A DNA stretch of 64,000 nucleotides from Amoebidium appalachense. Lineage: Eukaryota; Protista; Ichthyosporea. Location of the stretch: assembly GCA_963693365.1 (NCBI GenBank), contig CAVNZM010000001.1:5038907-5102906 (forward strand), read 5' to 3'. The position numbers were made by a program, and so were the translations under genes. Below, one piece after another: positions 1-13,085 of this stretch; the stretch's first letter is position 1; each line of letters starts with the position of its first letter. The notes beneath the pieces were generated by a model. That model did no database searches and had not been told where the DNA came from. It saw nothing but the letters and a program-made list of their open reading frames with translations.

Positions 1-167
1 GATTACCTGTAATCTTCGCTTATTTATGTGTGTGTGTGTGTGTATGTTGTGCGGGGTTGCACATACCAGTGTCTACTTTTCTTCTTACTGTTTTTCTCTC
101 CACACACTTCATCTGTCCACTTCTACATACCCCCTTTCATAGCTATAGACACACTTCACACATTGCG

Positions 168-345
168 TTACGCGCACGCATGCACACCGCTCTGTTGGCG
201 ACAGCTCCCTTGGAACCCATGCGGCATGTTACCCGCCGGCGTAACATAACTCGGACTATCGGTTTGGCTTTTTTCAAGCCCAAAGCAATGGGTGATACCA
301 TATTTCCGGCTGACATCCGGGGGCATAGCTTTCCGTTCGAAGACG
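168..345 (+). mobile_element. Possible decayed tyrosine-recombinase (DIRS/Ngaro/Crypton-type) fragment, probably in a Set1 intron
   Basis: Translation LRAR...TAPLEP...NITRTIGLAFFK...IFPADIRGHSF (then R after a 1-nt shift) follows the aPLF...lTr..fl...gHSFR layout of the YR catalytic region. The downstream GRW/Y motifs are not visible. Confidence 0.25.
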
Positions 346-741
346 ATAAAGTTCCGCCCTAGTAAGCGTGTTACTACCCTGCGGCGTGGGTCAAATCTCA
401 TATTTTCCCCTCTGATTGCGAATTCTGCGGCCTTCGGGACTTAATTCTTTTCAGCTGGTGTAGTATGTTAGCCAGGGAAGTATCAACTTAGGTATCGACG
501 GGGGAGCTTCCTAGAAGCCCCGTCTCCTGAGTTCCTATCTATATTTTTCTTGCTTCTGCTTACTGCTGCAACTTTAACCCCCGGCCTTTCCCACTGCCCT
601 TGCCTGCATAAGCAACCCTGCTCCTCTCTGATCAAGACGGGTGACCTACCCATGTTCGAGTGAAACAGTATCTTAGTTGGGTTTCGTTAACGAGGTGAAT
701 AGGTCGAAACTCGGGTACTGTGGATGACGTGGGCCCCCCCT

Positions 742-847
742 GAGGATGGGCTCTGCTTATTATGCATACTCTTTATGTATGGCTTGCATTCTGCATCGTG
801 TTATCCGTTTGTTCTTGTGTACTTCGTACTTTTTGACGCATTCAAAC
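742..847 (+). repeat. Dispersed intronic repeat, copy 1 (106 bp, poly-C flanked)
   Basis: Matches 12425-12530 with one visible mismatch; a diverged copy lies at ~51047-51138. Confidence 0.9.
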
Positions 848-983
848 CCCCCCCCCCCCCCCCCCCCCCGAGCTCCTATAGGAGGCACTATTACACGCAT
901 GCGTTCTCGCACACTGTTCTTCCAATCCCTCGTCTCGGCCTGGTAGTCCATGCGCGCGCACACGCGCCATACACTCAAATTTG

Positions 984-1022
<39 letters not shown>

Positions 1023-1099
1023 GTACACGCACACACACACACACAACATAAACACGTACACGCACACACACACACACACATACACGTACACACGTGCAG

Positions 1100-1291
1100 G
1101 TGCTGCCATCCCCGGGTCAGGTGAGCACCAGGAATACGTGGTGCCCAAATCACGCCAGCCACCGCACATTAGCGGCAGTGCACGGACAGAGGGCTACTAC
1201 CAACTGACGGTGGGGGCCAAGATGGCAAATGTGGCCGCAGCACCCATAGACCCAGTGTGGCTCAACTCTATTTCGGGTATGCGCTTGATTG

Positions 1292-1338
<47 letters not shown>

Positions 1339-1477
1339 GGGGGGGGGGGGGGAGGGGGGGTCTGTCTTGTCTGCCTGTTTGTCTGGTTGTCTTTCTTTCT
1401 GTGCCACCTGGCTGAATGGCAATCCTCTTTTTTTCTGTGTGTGTGTGTGTGTGTGTGCGTGTGTCTGTGTGTTTGGT

Positions 1478-1513
<36 letters not shown>

Positions 1514-2954
1514 TAGCAAAGAGGATTAGTGATAAATGGAGACCAGATTGTGTGCAAACATAGAACGTGCGGAACTTCTGAGGACGGATAGGAAGCGCAT
1601 ATCCTGTGGGCAGGGTCATTGGGGCTACATGCACTGATTGCTACTACACCTGACTATCCACCAATCATTGTTGTTGGTTTGCTGTACTTATTGCACTGTT
1701 GTTCCTGCAGTGAGTGCCCAGCAGGTTGCGGCACAAAAACAATCCGGGTCGACAAGATCGAATCGGGCCGATGCAAGGTGGGCACAGACACAACAAGTGC
1801 ATGTGCTTGTACTGTGTGTACATTCTCTATGTCTGCATACACAACACATAATCACTAAATACACATGTCCATAAGTCAGTTTCTGTTATGTGTGTTGCGA
1901 TGCTTCCAACTACTATTTTTGTGCTCATGAACGTTAAAATTACGAAGCCGCAATGTATTGTTGTTCGGAACTGGTGAACACGTGTTTTGTGTTACAGTGC
2001 ATGAACGTCCTTGAAATTCCGTGCCGCATATTTGCCTCAATATGTGGGTGTTTATCGACATGTCGTGCCGTGTTACACATTGGTTTTCTGGTGTTTGTCC
2101 TTTTTTTTTTTTTTTGTTTGTTTGTTTGTTTGCTTGTTTGTGTTCTTGCTGACGTTGGTGTCTCTGTAAACTTTGGTGTGTTCTTTGAGGTTGTGCCTTT
2201 TATATGTTGGTTTGTTTTTACAACGTTTGTGAGCAGGTACACGTCGGGCAGTGTGAGCGACACGCAGGGCAACATGCTCAACAAGCGCCACAAGCAGCTG
2301 CGCTTTGGCCGCTCCAGGATCCATGCCGTGGGCCTCTACGCCATGGAGCCCATCAGTACGTGAAAACCACAGTTCATTGTGCCACCCCACTTCTCCATTT
2401 CCCCCCTTTCGTGACTTTTTTTTCCCTCGACATGTGGAGTTTGTGTGCCGGAACTGTGTCCGGAGGGAGGGGGTAAGTTGTGAGTTTTGGTGTGCCGGAA
2501 GTGTGTTCGGCGGGACGTGGGGAAGTTAAGGGTGCATGCAGCACATTGTCTCTTTAATCTTTCGTTTCGCTGCGCCCGTACACATGGTATTACTAACATG
2601 GGGCCGTGGGTGATACCCATGCCCACTTGCTGTTGCCTTCTGCATATCGGGCCATATACCACGTGATGCCCATGCCCACTTTCTAATGCTGGGGGGCACA
2701 GACGTCAACGACATGGTGATCGAGTATGTGGGGGAGATCATCCGGCAGCACGTGGCCGACACAAGAGAGGCTGCATACGAGAAGATGGGTACGTGCACAC
2801 GCACGTGATAGGTGTTGGTGCGAGAATACGTGGCTGTAACCGTGCCCAGGTTTTGTCTCTGTCTGTCTACCACATATGCACACACCCTAGACTTGCCTCC
2901 AACCCGGAATGAAAAAAGGGGGAGGAAAGAAAGAATAATGAAAGAAGGCGGAAA

Positions 2955-3035
<81 letters not shown>

Positions 3036-4155
3036 CCCACCAACTTTCGATGTTGTGTACATACCCACCAACCCTATTTTACTGTGTGCACACCCACCAA
3101 CCCTATTTTACTGTGTGCACACCCACCAACATCTTTGTACTGTGTGCAGGCATCGGCAGCAGCTACATGTTCCGCATTGACACGGATGAGATCATCGATG
3201 CCACGTACAAGGGCAACGTGGCAAGGTTCATCAACCACTGCTGCGAGGTAAAATAATGCACGTGCACACACAGTTCTCACATGTGCAAATTGATGTGGTG
3301 TATACTGTGTGTACGTGCAGTCACGCACCAAGACATTCTTTTGCCCAGATGCGTGGACGCACGCTCGTGCAGGCGCACACGCACACGCACACGCGCGCGC
3401 GCACACACACACACACACGCCTCCAACCCTCCCTCCCCTCCCCCTTCTCCCCTCGATGGGGCACGCTTCTATATCCCTTCCTCCCTCCCTCCCTCTTCCC
3501 GTCTTTCCCCCCCCCCCTTCACAGCCCAACTGTACGGCCAAAGTGATCACGGTGGACAATGAGCCGAGGATAGCCATTTACGCGAAACGGAACATCGAGG
3601 TTGGGGAGGAGATCACCTACGACTACAAGTTCCCCATTGAGGTGTGTGCATGTGTGTGTGTGTGTGTGTGGTTGGATTCGGTGGGTGTGCCTGTGTGGGG
3701 GTGTGTCTCGGGGTGGTTGTGTGCGTGCTAAAAACTGTCAGGTCGTCCTGTTCCCCTCTGTGTGCTTGTGTGTGTAGGTTTTGCGTGGTGGGTGTGGGTG
3801 TGGGTGTGGGTGTGGGTGGGTGCGCGTTTGTGATGGCACACGCGTGTGTGTGTGTGTGTATGCACATGTGCCTATGTATGTGTGCGGGTGGGTTTGAGTG
3901 TCCGTGAGAGAGGTGCATGAGTGTTTGTCCGTGTTTAGGCCCAGGAAAGGTGAGCAGCCTACAATGCAAGTACACGCTGTGCGGTGTGTTGGTTATGACA
4001 TTGTGTGGAAATATCGTGTGTGGGGTCTAGGAGCACCTCGGGACGTTACATGTGTAATGGATAGGAAAGTGAGCTCTTTCCTAGTTAACTGGGGAGATAT
4101 TAGATATTACCTTCCATTTGTCTCTTTGTTTTTTATTTTATTTTTTCCCTTTTTT

Positions 4156-4205
<50 letters not shown>

Positions 4206-4444
4206 GTCTATTTGGTTGTGGTATCGGCTCTCTTGTAGAGGTGGCGGTGGTGGTGATGGAAAGGTGGTATGTGTGTGTTGTTGGTGTGTGGGTGGGGGGG
4301 GGGGGAAGGGGGGGGGGAGAAGGGGAGAAGGGGGGGGGGGGGGAGGATAAACACTGTATATCTGATCTGAGACCATGGGGACTGCAGGAGGACAAGATTC
4401 CCTGCCACTGCGGGGCACCAACGTGCAGAGGGTCCCTCAACTGA
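1100..4444 (+). CDS. SET1: Set1/SETD1-family histone H3K4 methyltransferase, 3' portion (Win motif, SET, post-SET); 5' exons lie upstream of the window
   Basis: Phase-consistent GT-AG exons 1100-1276, 1711-1777, 2237-2355, 2702-2788, 3150-3247, 3525-3641, 4388-4444. They encode GSARTEGYY (WDR5-interacting Win motif), [38 protein letters not shown]...[31 protein letters not shown] and post-[16 protein letters not shown]. Confidence 0.95.
3033..3149 (+). repeat. ~29-bp minisatellite (about 4 units) ending in the Set1 splice acceptor
   Basis: Unit CACCCACCAACCCTATTTTACTGTGTGCA; the last, diverged unit ends TGTGTGCAG, the acceptor of exon 3150. Confidence 0.85.
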
Positions 4445-4594
4445 CAGGGCCAACTGCTATCTGGCTGCATGCATGCATAGTGTGTGCTGCACACAGGGGC
4501 ACATCCTTGTTCCTTGTTCCTTGTAGGTAAAAAAAAATGACGGAAATCATGTTTTGCCCAAGTGCATGTGGCGGTGGCAGCATTTTTTTTTTTT

Positions 4595-4625
<31 letters not shown>

Positions 4626-4929
4626 GGGGATACAACTGTCTAGTCTCGGGTCTGGTAATTGGTGTTGAATTTGCTTACAAAACGGGTCGCCATAATTCAT
4701 CGTTTTGGCTTCGTACGACAATACCGACTGGTTCGATATAGCCAACTAACATGTACGCTTTTCACTAGCTCACTTTAGCAGTAATTGGAATATTTTACAG
4801 ATGGCCTATGCCAGTTTTAAGTCCTAAGGGTGCGTGTAGGATCTTTGATCTGGCTGCCGTTATGCTGGTCCTCTTGCCAAACTGAATTGAAGCCCTGTCT
4901 GCTTTTGTGTTTGTGGTGTGGGTGTGTGG

Positions 4930-4976
<47 letters not shown>

Positions 4977-5946
4977 ATTTACTTTTCCATGTCTGGTTTG
5001 TTCTTGGTGCAGTGGCTGTTGGAGCCAGAGTGCCCTTTTTGCTAAATAGATAATGTCGGGTCCCGGAGGTTCACACATGTGCATTTCCCGATTTTTCTGT
5101 TGTCTTCCAAAAGAACAGGGACACAGTATGTACACCAGTTTGTTAAACAATAACCCTTAGCTCTAGCTGTATACTGTTGAATATCGTTTTTCAGGTATGC
5201 AACATTTGTAGTCATTTTTTTACGTATCTACAAGCCTTGGGCCAACATGAGATCAGAACCACTGACAGTATGAAATAAAATTGTGCATGAGATAATATCG
5301 AAGTCGTCACGTAGCTACAGGGCTTCATGTGTCCCGAAACCCCTCATTGGCACTCATGTATCTATACCATTACTAGAGAGAATGAGAGGGAGAGAGAGAG
5401 AGAGAGAGAGCAACACACACACACACACCCAAACACACATGCGTACACACACACACGTACCCGCAGCCCATACTGCCACATGTACACTCACACCAATGGC
5501 ACATACGTATGTAGCATACAGTGTCACATGCACACACGCACACCCACGGGAGATGCAGGCCTGACCTTGGGTAGCCCTACGTAACCTGTACCTTCGAAAT
5601 TTTAGTACACACACTTGTACTGTGGTATATACATCCGAGCTGTGGCACCAGCAAGCCAACACAAGTGCATTCGAAATCATTACGCATAAGCATAATAGTG
5701 TGCAAACTCAATATAGCTCCATTTGGTGGGTGATACTGGCAGTAAGTAATAGTTTTGTCCATACAGCCGGCACCAACCTCGGGGACATGTATGTTGAAGG
5801 GTGAGTGCACCCGCAAGGGTTTTATTTATTTATTTTCTTTTTTTGTCGTTGTCGTTGTTGTATGTGTGTGTGGGGGGGGGGGAGGGCTGGGTACAACATG
5901 GCACATGTAGGCAAATTATGTGTATGTGTGCGTGCGCACACACGTG

Positions 5947-5993
<47 letters not shown>

Positions 5994-6777
5994 TGTACAC
6001 ACACACACACACATGTACAGAAGTCTTCACACGCGTGTGCACATACTGTACATCAACACACAAACGTCCACACGTACCTTTCAAACTCCGGCTCACACAC
6101 AAATAGGGATTCTACTTAGTATCACACATCACTGCACACCGTGCCAATGGGCAACGTGATACTTTACACACACACCCATACACACCTCACACACAGAGTG
6201 GGTGCACACCACCACACACGGTGACCGACACGGGTATTCATTCATAGAGCTGTGGCTGACAACGACAGTCAGTGTGAGGCGTAACAACCCCCCCCCCCCC
6301 CCCCCCCCCCCCCCTTCCCCCAACCACCCTCCTCCCCTCCCCTCGAATCTCTCTCTCCTGGGTTCTCAAAGTTTTAGGGGGCTACCAAAACCCACTCCTC
6401 ATTTCCGACGGATGCCTTGGAGCCACTTATTGAGATACGGTTATGTAACCAATTGTGTTTGCTTGCGAGCGAGCCAGTTCCAACTTAAAGATATGTGGCT
6501 TAGTCGCTTAACCTCGAGCTTTAAATATAATAGAAATCATATCGTGTATTATCCCCAACACTGGCAGAGATGGGGTGTGGCCGTATGTGGTTAGCTCAGT
6601 GCCGCCAGATATGGTTCTCTTTCGTTATGTGGTGTCTAAGGGGATGTTTGGATTTCGAGAGGCGGGCTGGTGTATGTGTTTGTGTGTGTGTGTGCGTGGG
6701 TGGGTGGATGTTGTTGTTTGGGGGGGGGGGGGGGGGGGGGAAGGAAGTAGACTCTAAAAAGCTACCCTGGTACCTTC

Positions 6778-6808
<31 letters not shown>

Positions 6809-7199
6809 ATTCCGCCCCGAATGATTAGCAATTCTCTCTCTCCCCCCTTAACCACCCACCCACCCACCCCCCCTCTGAGTGTCTCCCACATGCGCACATT
6901 CTGTTCATCTTCCCCAGCCGCAAATACATTTCTTTCTATTCAACGTTTCAACAAATGTTTTAAAATGGGTTAAAGTTACCGTCACGGCGTTCACTAGCTG
7001 TGTGTGTGCGTGTGTGCAAGTGTGCATCTCTGTACGCGTTGGTGTGTTTGTGACCACTTGTGTGTGACAGTCTTGTATGTGTGCCACAGTGTGTGTGCAT
7101 GACTGTACATGTGCGTGTGTCTGTGTTTTGGGTGTGCATGTGCACGTGGGTGTGTGCGCGCGTGTGTCTGTTTGTATGCCTGTCTGTCTGTGTGTGTGC

Positions 7200-7291
<92 letters not shown>

Positions 7292-8389
7292 GTTGTGTGT
7301 GCGCGTTTGCGATACAGTTCACTGTGGCCCACGCGCATCGGGTATGCAGTCACGGCGTGGGCAGGCATAGAAAGGTGTGCCAGTTGCATACCTCCATGGC
7401 GGCAGACTCTCGGGCAATGCCAACTTGTTTTTTTTCCTTTCCAACCTCTTGGGCCACTTGCAACAATGCGGGCCTTGCTGAGCGCTGCATGCCCACCCCC
7501 CGGCCTGCACAAGTACAGCTCAGGAATTTATGCATGTGGAACGTCTACTGTACTTTGTTTCTCCTACAAACCTCTGCCAGCGTTACCGTTGATAGACACA
7601 ACAACGTAATCTCAGGATCGGCATGGAACATCAGGCGGCCACTTATATTTACACAACCTAAAAAACTCAGAAAAACAAAATGGGAGGTGATGGCTGGTAA
7701 AGAATACAGACGTCTGACTATCTTTTGTACCTACTACGGAACCCGTCACGGACAGAGCCAATGCATGTTATGAAACTTTGAATTGATTTGGCCTAACGGT
7801 CGCAAACAGTTTGTGTGAATTCAAATTTATCCCTTGGCGCGCACCGGCAACGGTGGGAGGAATTCCTTTTAAAGGGACTTCATACCGGGCAGAAGTAGGG
7901 CAAACTAACTTCGGACACCTTTCACAATATTTATGATTTAACTTTGTGTGTGTCAGTTGTGATTTTCTCCGGCTTTATTCTTGATAAAACAGACTAAGCA
8001 AAATAATCCATGTGTTGCAATGACAATATCGTTTATCAAAGGTGTTACAAAACATCCTTCTTGTCAACATAAGGGGCTACTCTCGGCCCTGAGAACACGC
8101 ATCTGATTGGTGCAGTTTGTGCCTCCAGCAGCAGGGTCACAGCCTACCGGGCTGTTACAGCATATTTTTCCATACAACCAGATTAAATTTATGTTCTGTC
8201 TTTTTTAATTTGCATGCAGTCTCATTAAAAAACCCCTTGAACTACTTTCCCTACGAGAATGGTGGTTTTTGAACGCCTCATGTTTTGGCCCAAGCCGGTG
8301 TCCGGTCTCCGGTAACCAGTTATTTGTAAGAAGTTTTTTGATTCGTGAATAATCATGAAGCAGAATAATGCACATTCCATTAACAGTTT

Positions 8390-8635
8390 TTACTGGCTCG
8401 CCATTAGGGCTGGTATGCGGCTGCTATGAGGTGGTCTTCAAATCCTCGATGTTGTAATACCACTGAAATGTGATACCTCGTCCTGTTTCATGATTTGCTT
8501 CCCCCTGAAGAAGTAGGGACACACTATTTTTGATGAGCTTCCTAATACTTCATGCATCCCCAACAATAGATCTACATAAATAGGATCTAATATTTCTATT
8601 ATTTTTGGTCTCGGCCGTGCACATCTACTACACAA
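8390..8635 (-). pseudogene. Possible decayed tyrosine-recombinase/integrase fragment
   Basis: IIEILDPIYVDLL...CPYFF.GK...SGITTSRI*RPPHSSR loosely follows the YR layout (ylF...Gi...pHslR). It has an internal stop and lies in repeat-poor DNA. Confidence 0.2.
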
Positions 8636-9362
8636 CGCTTTGAAACCACCCCCCTAAAATCAGTTGATGTACCTCTTCACACGCCACGTCCACAATATTC
8701 CGAGGAACGAGGTCCTATGTGTACATTGAACGCAGAGCTGTACGCGTACTGTACATGAGCTGTGTTACCATGCCATGTGTGTGCCTCTTGAAAACGTGGT
8801 CCATTTGTGTCAGCAGTTTAGAGAGCAGGAAAAGCATATGCCCAAGACTCTCCAGCGTCTGTTGCTATACACATAGTGGAAAAGAACTTCACACGCTTCT
8901 TTTGGACCGAAAAATTCTATTAATAAGGAGGAACTCTGTTTTCTGTATGTCTTTGTAGTTGGCTACTGTTGACGGAGTTTAAAGCACAACCGGGTCACTT
9001 GGAGAAGCTTATTCCCATTCTCGATACTCCACACGTTTCCAAACCACGAAACACAAAATACGCAAGATAATTCGTTTGGCCTACCCCAGAGGGCCCAAGC
9101 CGACGTCCTAGGCCTCCACACAAACCACACGAGTACAATTCTGGTTGCAGACCACCGTATGGTTAGTGTTTTTCAGTGCGGATATGCTGATGTGGATACG
9201 TGGGATTTAACACACAATTCTGTTGGCGAGACAGTCTCACGGTGTGCATTTTGAACTTGAAGTTCTCGTTTTTTGCAATTTAGTTACCCACTAAACTTCC
9301 GTTTGCTCAGCACAAGCACATAGGTCACAAGCACATAGGTTTTATTTTCTCACACTTCAAAC

Positions 9363-10583
9363 ATGTCAGAGGCATATTTAAAAAACGAATCGGTGCCAGA
9401 GGATGAACTATATTCCATTCTTGCCAATTTAGCGTCAGCAGAAGGGTCAGACGATCACCCTGACATGTCGTGTGCCGGTTCACGCTTTGCTGATGTGGGA
9501 GGGAACGGCGATGTAAGTGATGGAGATGACGATGACGACGGGGGAGAGGGGTCGAAGGACAAGAAAAAGAAAAGAAAGAGGAGACCATATTCGGAATTGA
9601 CGAGGAATATTGTGTGCCCCTGGCCTGAGTGTCAAAGATGTTACGCATCAAAACACGCACTTCAACTGCATATGAAGGTAGGTGCCGTGTATAACTTGTG
9701 TGTATGACTGACTTCTGTAGACCTGTAGCAAAAGCATTGGTTGTCCATCTGGGTGTGATCCTGTGATGCTCAAGTGCTTGTGGTCACGGTCTGCCGTTGG
9801 TCGTGTGTCTTGCTTGCTCCTAGGCTGATGTTTGTTTGTAAGCTCACTGGTTACCCCACAATTTGTGTCTTGTAAATTGCTCGTTGTGCGATGTTGTCAA
9901 GGGACACAGAAATGGCTGAGTGAATGAATGAAGTTTGGACCAAGAGCAAGGTTGCAACAGGTGCTAGGCCCACATACTCCACCTTTTCCTTAGGGGTTTT
10001 TCCCACCGGTTAACACACTGTCACAGCTTCGATGGAGTATTTGTTGAAACGTTTTCTCCCTTCTATGTGTATTGCTCTCGTCAGTGGACATTCCTTGTGT
10101 CTTGTCTTTCCCCGCTGATGGCTTACGATTCTGAAAAGTGCTTGGGTGTACACATCAGCGGCTGAATGTTTTAGTGTTGGGCATACACACGCTAGTTTGC
10201 TGTAGAAGGATGAAGCGGCGTGAACTAACCTTGTATGGACTATGTTCAGAACAAGCACAACTGGTTTGGCAACAAGAAGATGCCCGACATGGACGAGGTT
10301 GGCCTCCGAAGCATATTCAAAGCTGCTGCAGGGAAAGCAAGGTAAGTTCTCAAGTTGTGCATCACCCTTCATCCCCCACATGGACGAACACACACAAACA
10401 CATGTGCATGTCAGGACACTACGAGCACCAACAAAGGCCTCATCATGAAGGCAAACACGCACAAACAAACACACACGTCAGATCTTCTAGTCAATATCCG
10501 CCTTTAGACACACAGATTCCAGCACGTCCTGGTCCACTGTACTTGGCGTGCTGGGGAAGGCTGTTGATAAAAGTGCAACGTAC

Positions 10584-10644
<61 letters not shown>

Positions 10645-11947
10645 ACGGTGTGTGTGTTTTCTTGTACACGGCGCGTGCCTGTGTGCATCTGGGTATGCCA
10701 AAATATTTATATAGCCGTAAAGCAAGTACATTATGTTGTGTTCACGAGTGCGAGTCACTTAGAGTGTGACTGTACGCCATCACATAGCACTCCCTCTTAC
10801 ACAACGCACAATTCGGTTGCATGTGCGAGTAGGTTGTCTTGTGGCTCGCGATCGACCACCGGGCCCAGTGAGCATGTGCACGTGTTCTTGCAGCGTCTCG
10901 GTTACATTTAAAACTACCATGTCGTGGTGGTCTGTCGTTCGATGTACCTGTGGCGCCAATAGGTCAGTCATCGCCAGTCAAGTCAGGCATGGTCTTAACA
11001 CTTGATGGTCGATCTCTCAATGGGTTTAAAAGGATGGCCATGAAAGAACCGAGCACGCATAGCATCGGCCTCTGAGAATGAAATGAAGCTCTTACACTTT
11101 CCGCTGGAAGTTGCTTGTGGATAGACTACTTTCTTACCTGGTTGATCAAGTCTTAGCAAAAAAATCTTCGGCGTCGGCAAGAATCAACATAGGAGGTTGT
11201 GTTGCTACACACCATGCTGACCACACATACACAGCGGCCGGCCCTTGAGCATGGGTTCACCATCCAACATGCTCCACATGAGATCCATGTCTCTGGACTG
11301 CTTTGATCGCCATACCCCCCACATGCCTTCCGCCCCGCCCCCAGCAGACAGCTTGAGTTTCAGCGAGGAGATGATCTCCGGTAAGTGTCTGTGTGTTGTT
11401 ATTGCATGAGTGCTGAGGTCTGTTAGGTTTCCAAGCTGAGCACGAAGTCAAAGAATCGCACTTTCGAAGATGGTGTAATTATGATTATAAACCGACTTCT
11501 ATATAGGGGTTCTGTTGGTGCCGTCCCTTTGTGGTGCGTGTTATGCTGCTCTAGCGCGGAGGTTGCACGGGGAGAAGAAAGTCAACCCCACATCTATATC
11601 TAACACATGTACATAGAACGTCATGCATGTTGATGTGATGGTAGAGGTGTCGTGTGTAGTACTACCACAATCAATGCTTCAGTGTAAACTGAGGGACAAT
11701 TCCACTGCTTCGTGTGTTTAAGAGCTTAATTTTTGCGATTACGCACTTGCAAGTCAGTAGAGGTGCATTTAAGGTTTGTATGCCTGTCTGTGTGAAGGGT
11801 ATGCACATGCTAATATACATACGACAGACATGCTTGTGCAACGTGGGTCCCAGGACCATGGGTTTGGGATGGGTGGATCATCCCGGCATGGGTCCTATTC
11901 CAGCCAACAACAAATGCATCGCAGCAGCTACACCTCCCAGAGTAAAA

Positions 11948-11995
<48 letters not shown>

Positions 11996-13054
11996 AAACA
12001 CACACACACACTCACTCACTCACACTCTTCCCCACGGCCTTCCCCACCACACAACACGAAAAGGCAAAGAAATTCCCAAAAAAAAAGAAGGAGAAGAAGA
12101 AGGAGGAGGAGGAGGAGGAGGAGGAGGAGGAGGAGGAGAAGAAGAGTCGAGGAAAGAAGAAAAAAGGAATCCCCTCCTCCCCCCCGGGAAAAAAAAAACA
12201 TGTGCATGCACACCAGCATACACATGCCATGCGTGGACATGCTCTCTCTGCATCCCAACAACCTCGTCAAAACCTATATACTAAAAAAACAGCCACACCT
12301 CCCCTCTGTGCTATGTTCTCTCTAGCTTCCCTCTGGTTCGACTCAGGCTTCCGAAAGACGGTGTTTGTGTGCCGTAACTTCACCTCCCCCCGCCCTGCCC
12401 CCCCCCCCCCCCCCCCCCCCCCCCGAGGATGGGCTCTGCTTATTATGCATACTCTTTATGTATGGCTTGCATTCTGCATCGTGTTATCCGTTTGTTCTTG
12501 TGTACTTCGCACTTTTTGACGCATTCAAACCCCCCCCCCCCCCCCCCCTCCCCCCCCCCCCGGGGTGTCATCTTCGTGTTTGCATATCGAACTTGTCCTG
12601 CACCACGTTTCCGATCTGTGTCTTGCAAAGTGCTTGGAGCTGTACAGCATGTTGTATGGCACATCTGTGTTTTGTGCATAACGACATATTTCCAAAAAGA
12701 GAAATGTTCACAAATCCCACGGGTGTCCTACTGTGTGGGTTGCATTTGAGTCTTCTGAGACAGCATGTTGTATGGCACATCTGTGTTTTGTGCATAACGA
12801 CATATTTCCAAAAAGAGAAATGTTCACAAATCCCACGGGTGTCCTACTGTGTGGGTTGCATTTGAATCTTCTGAGCCACGTCTGCAGAGTTTTTTTGGAG
12901 TTTGTGGCTCTCATGTCTTAGCATGTACTGAATGGGTTGGTCTTATGTGTGTGGTATCTTGTGTGATGGCTTTTCGTCATGGTCTGTGGAATCCCCTGCC
13001 AGCGGCCAAAGTATTTTTCTCCTCATCCCCCAAGGGTTGCGTGTGTGCGCGCGT

Positions 13055-13085
<31 letters not shown>

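Noticed and set aside
12322-12360. GGTTCGACTC B-box, possible tRNA gene
   Set aside because: No A-box or cloverleaf can be formed.
12644-12875. CRISPR-like array (also considered for the 29-bp and 24-bp repeats)
   Set aside because: Units are directly adjacent with no unique spacers; eukaryotic context and no cas genes.
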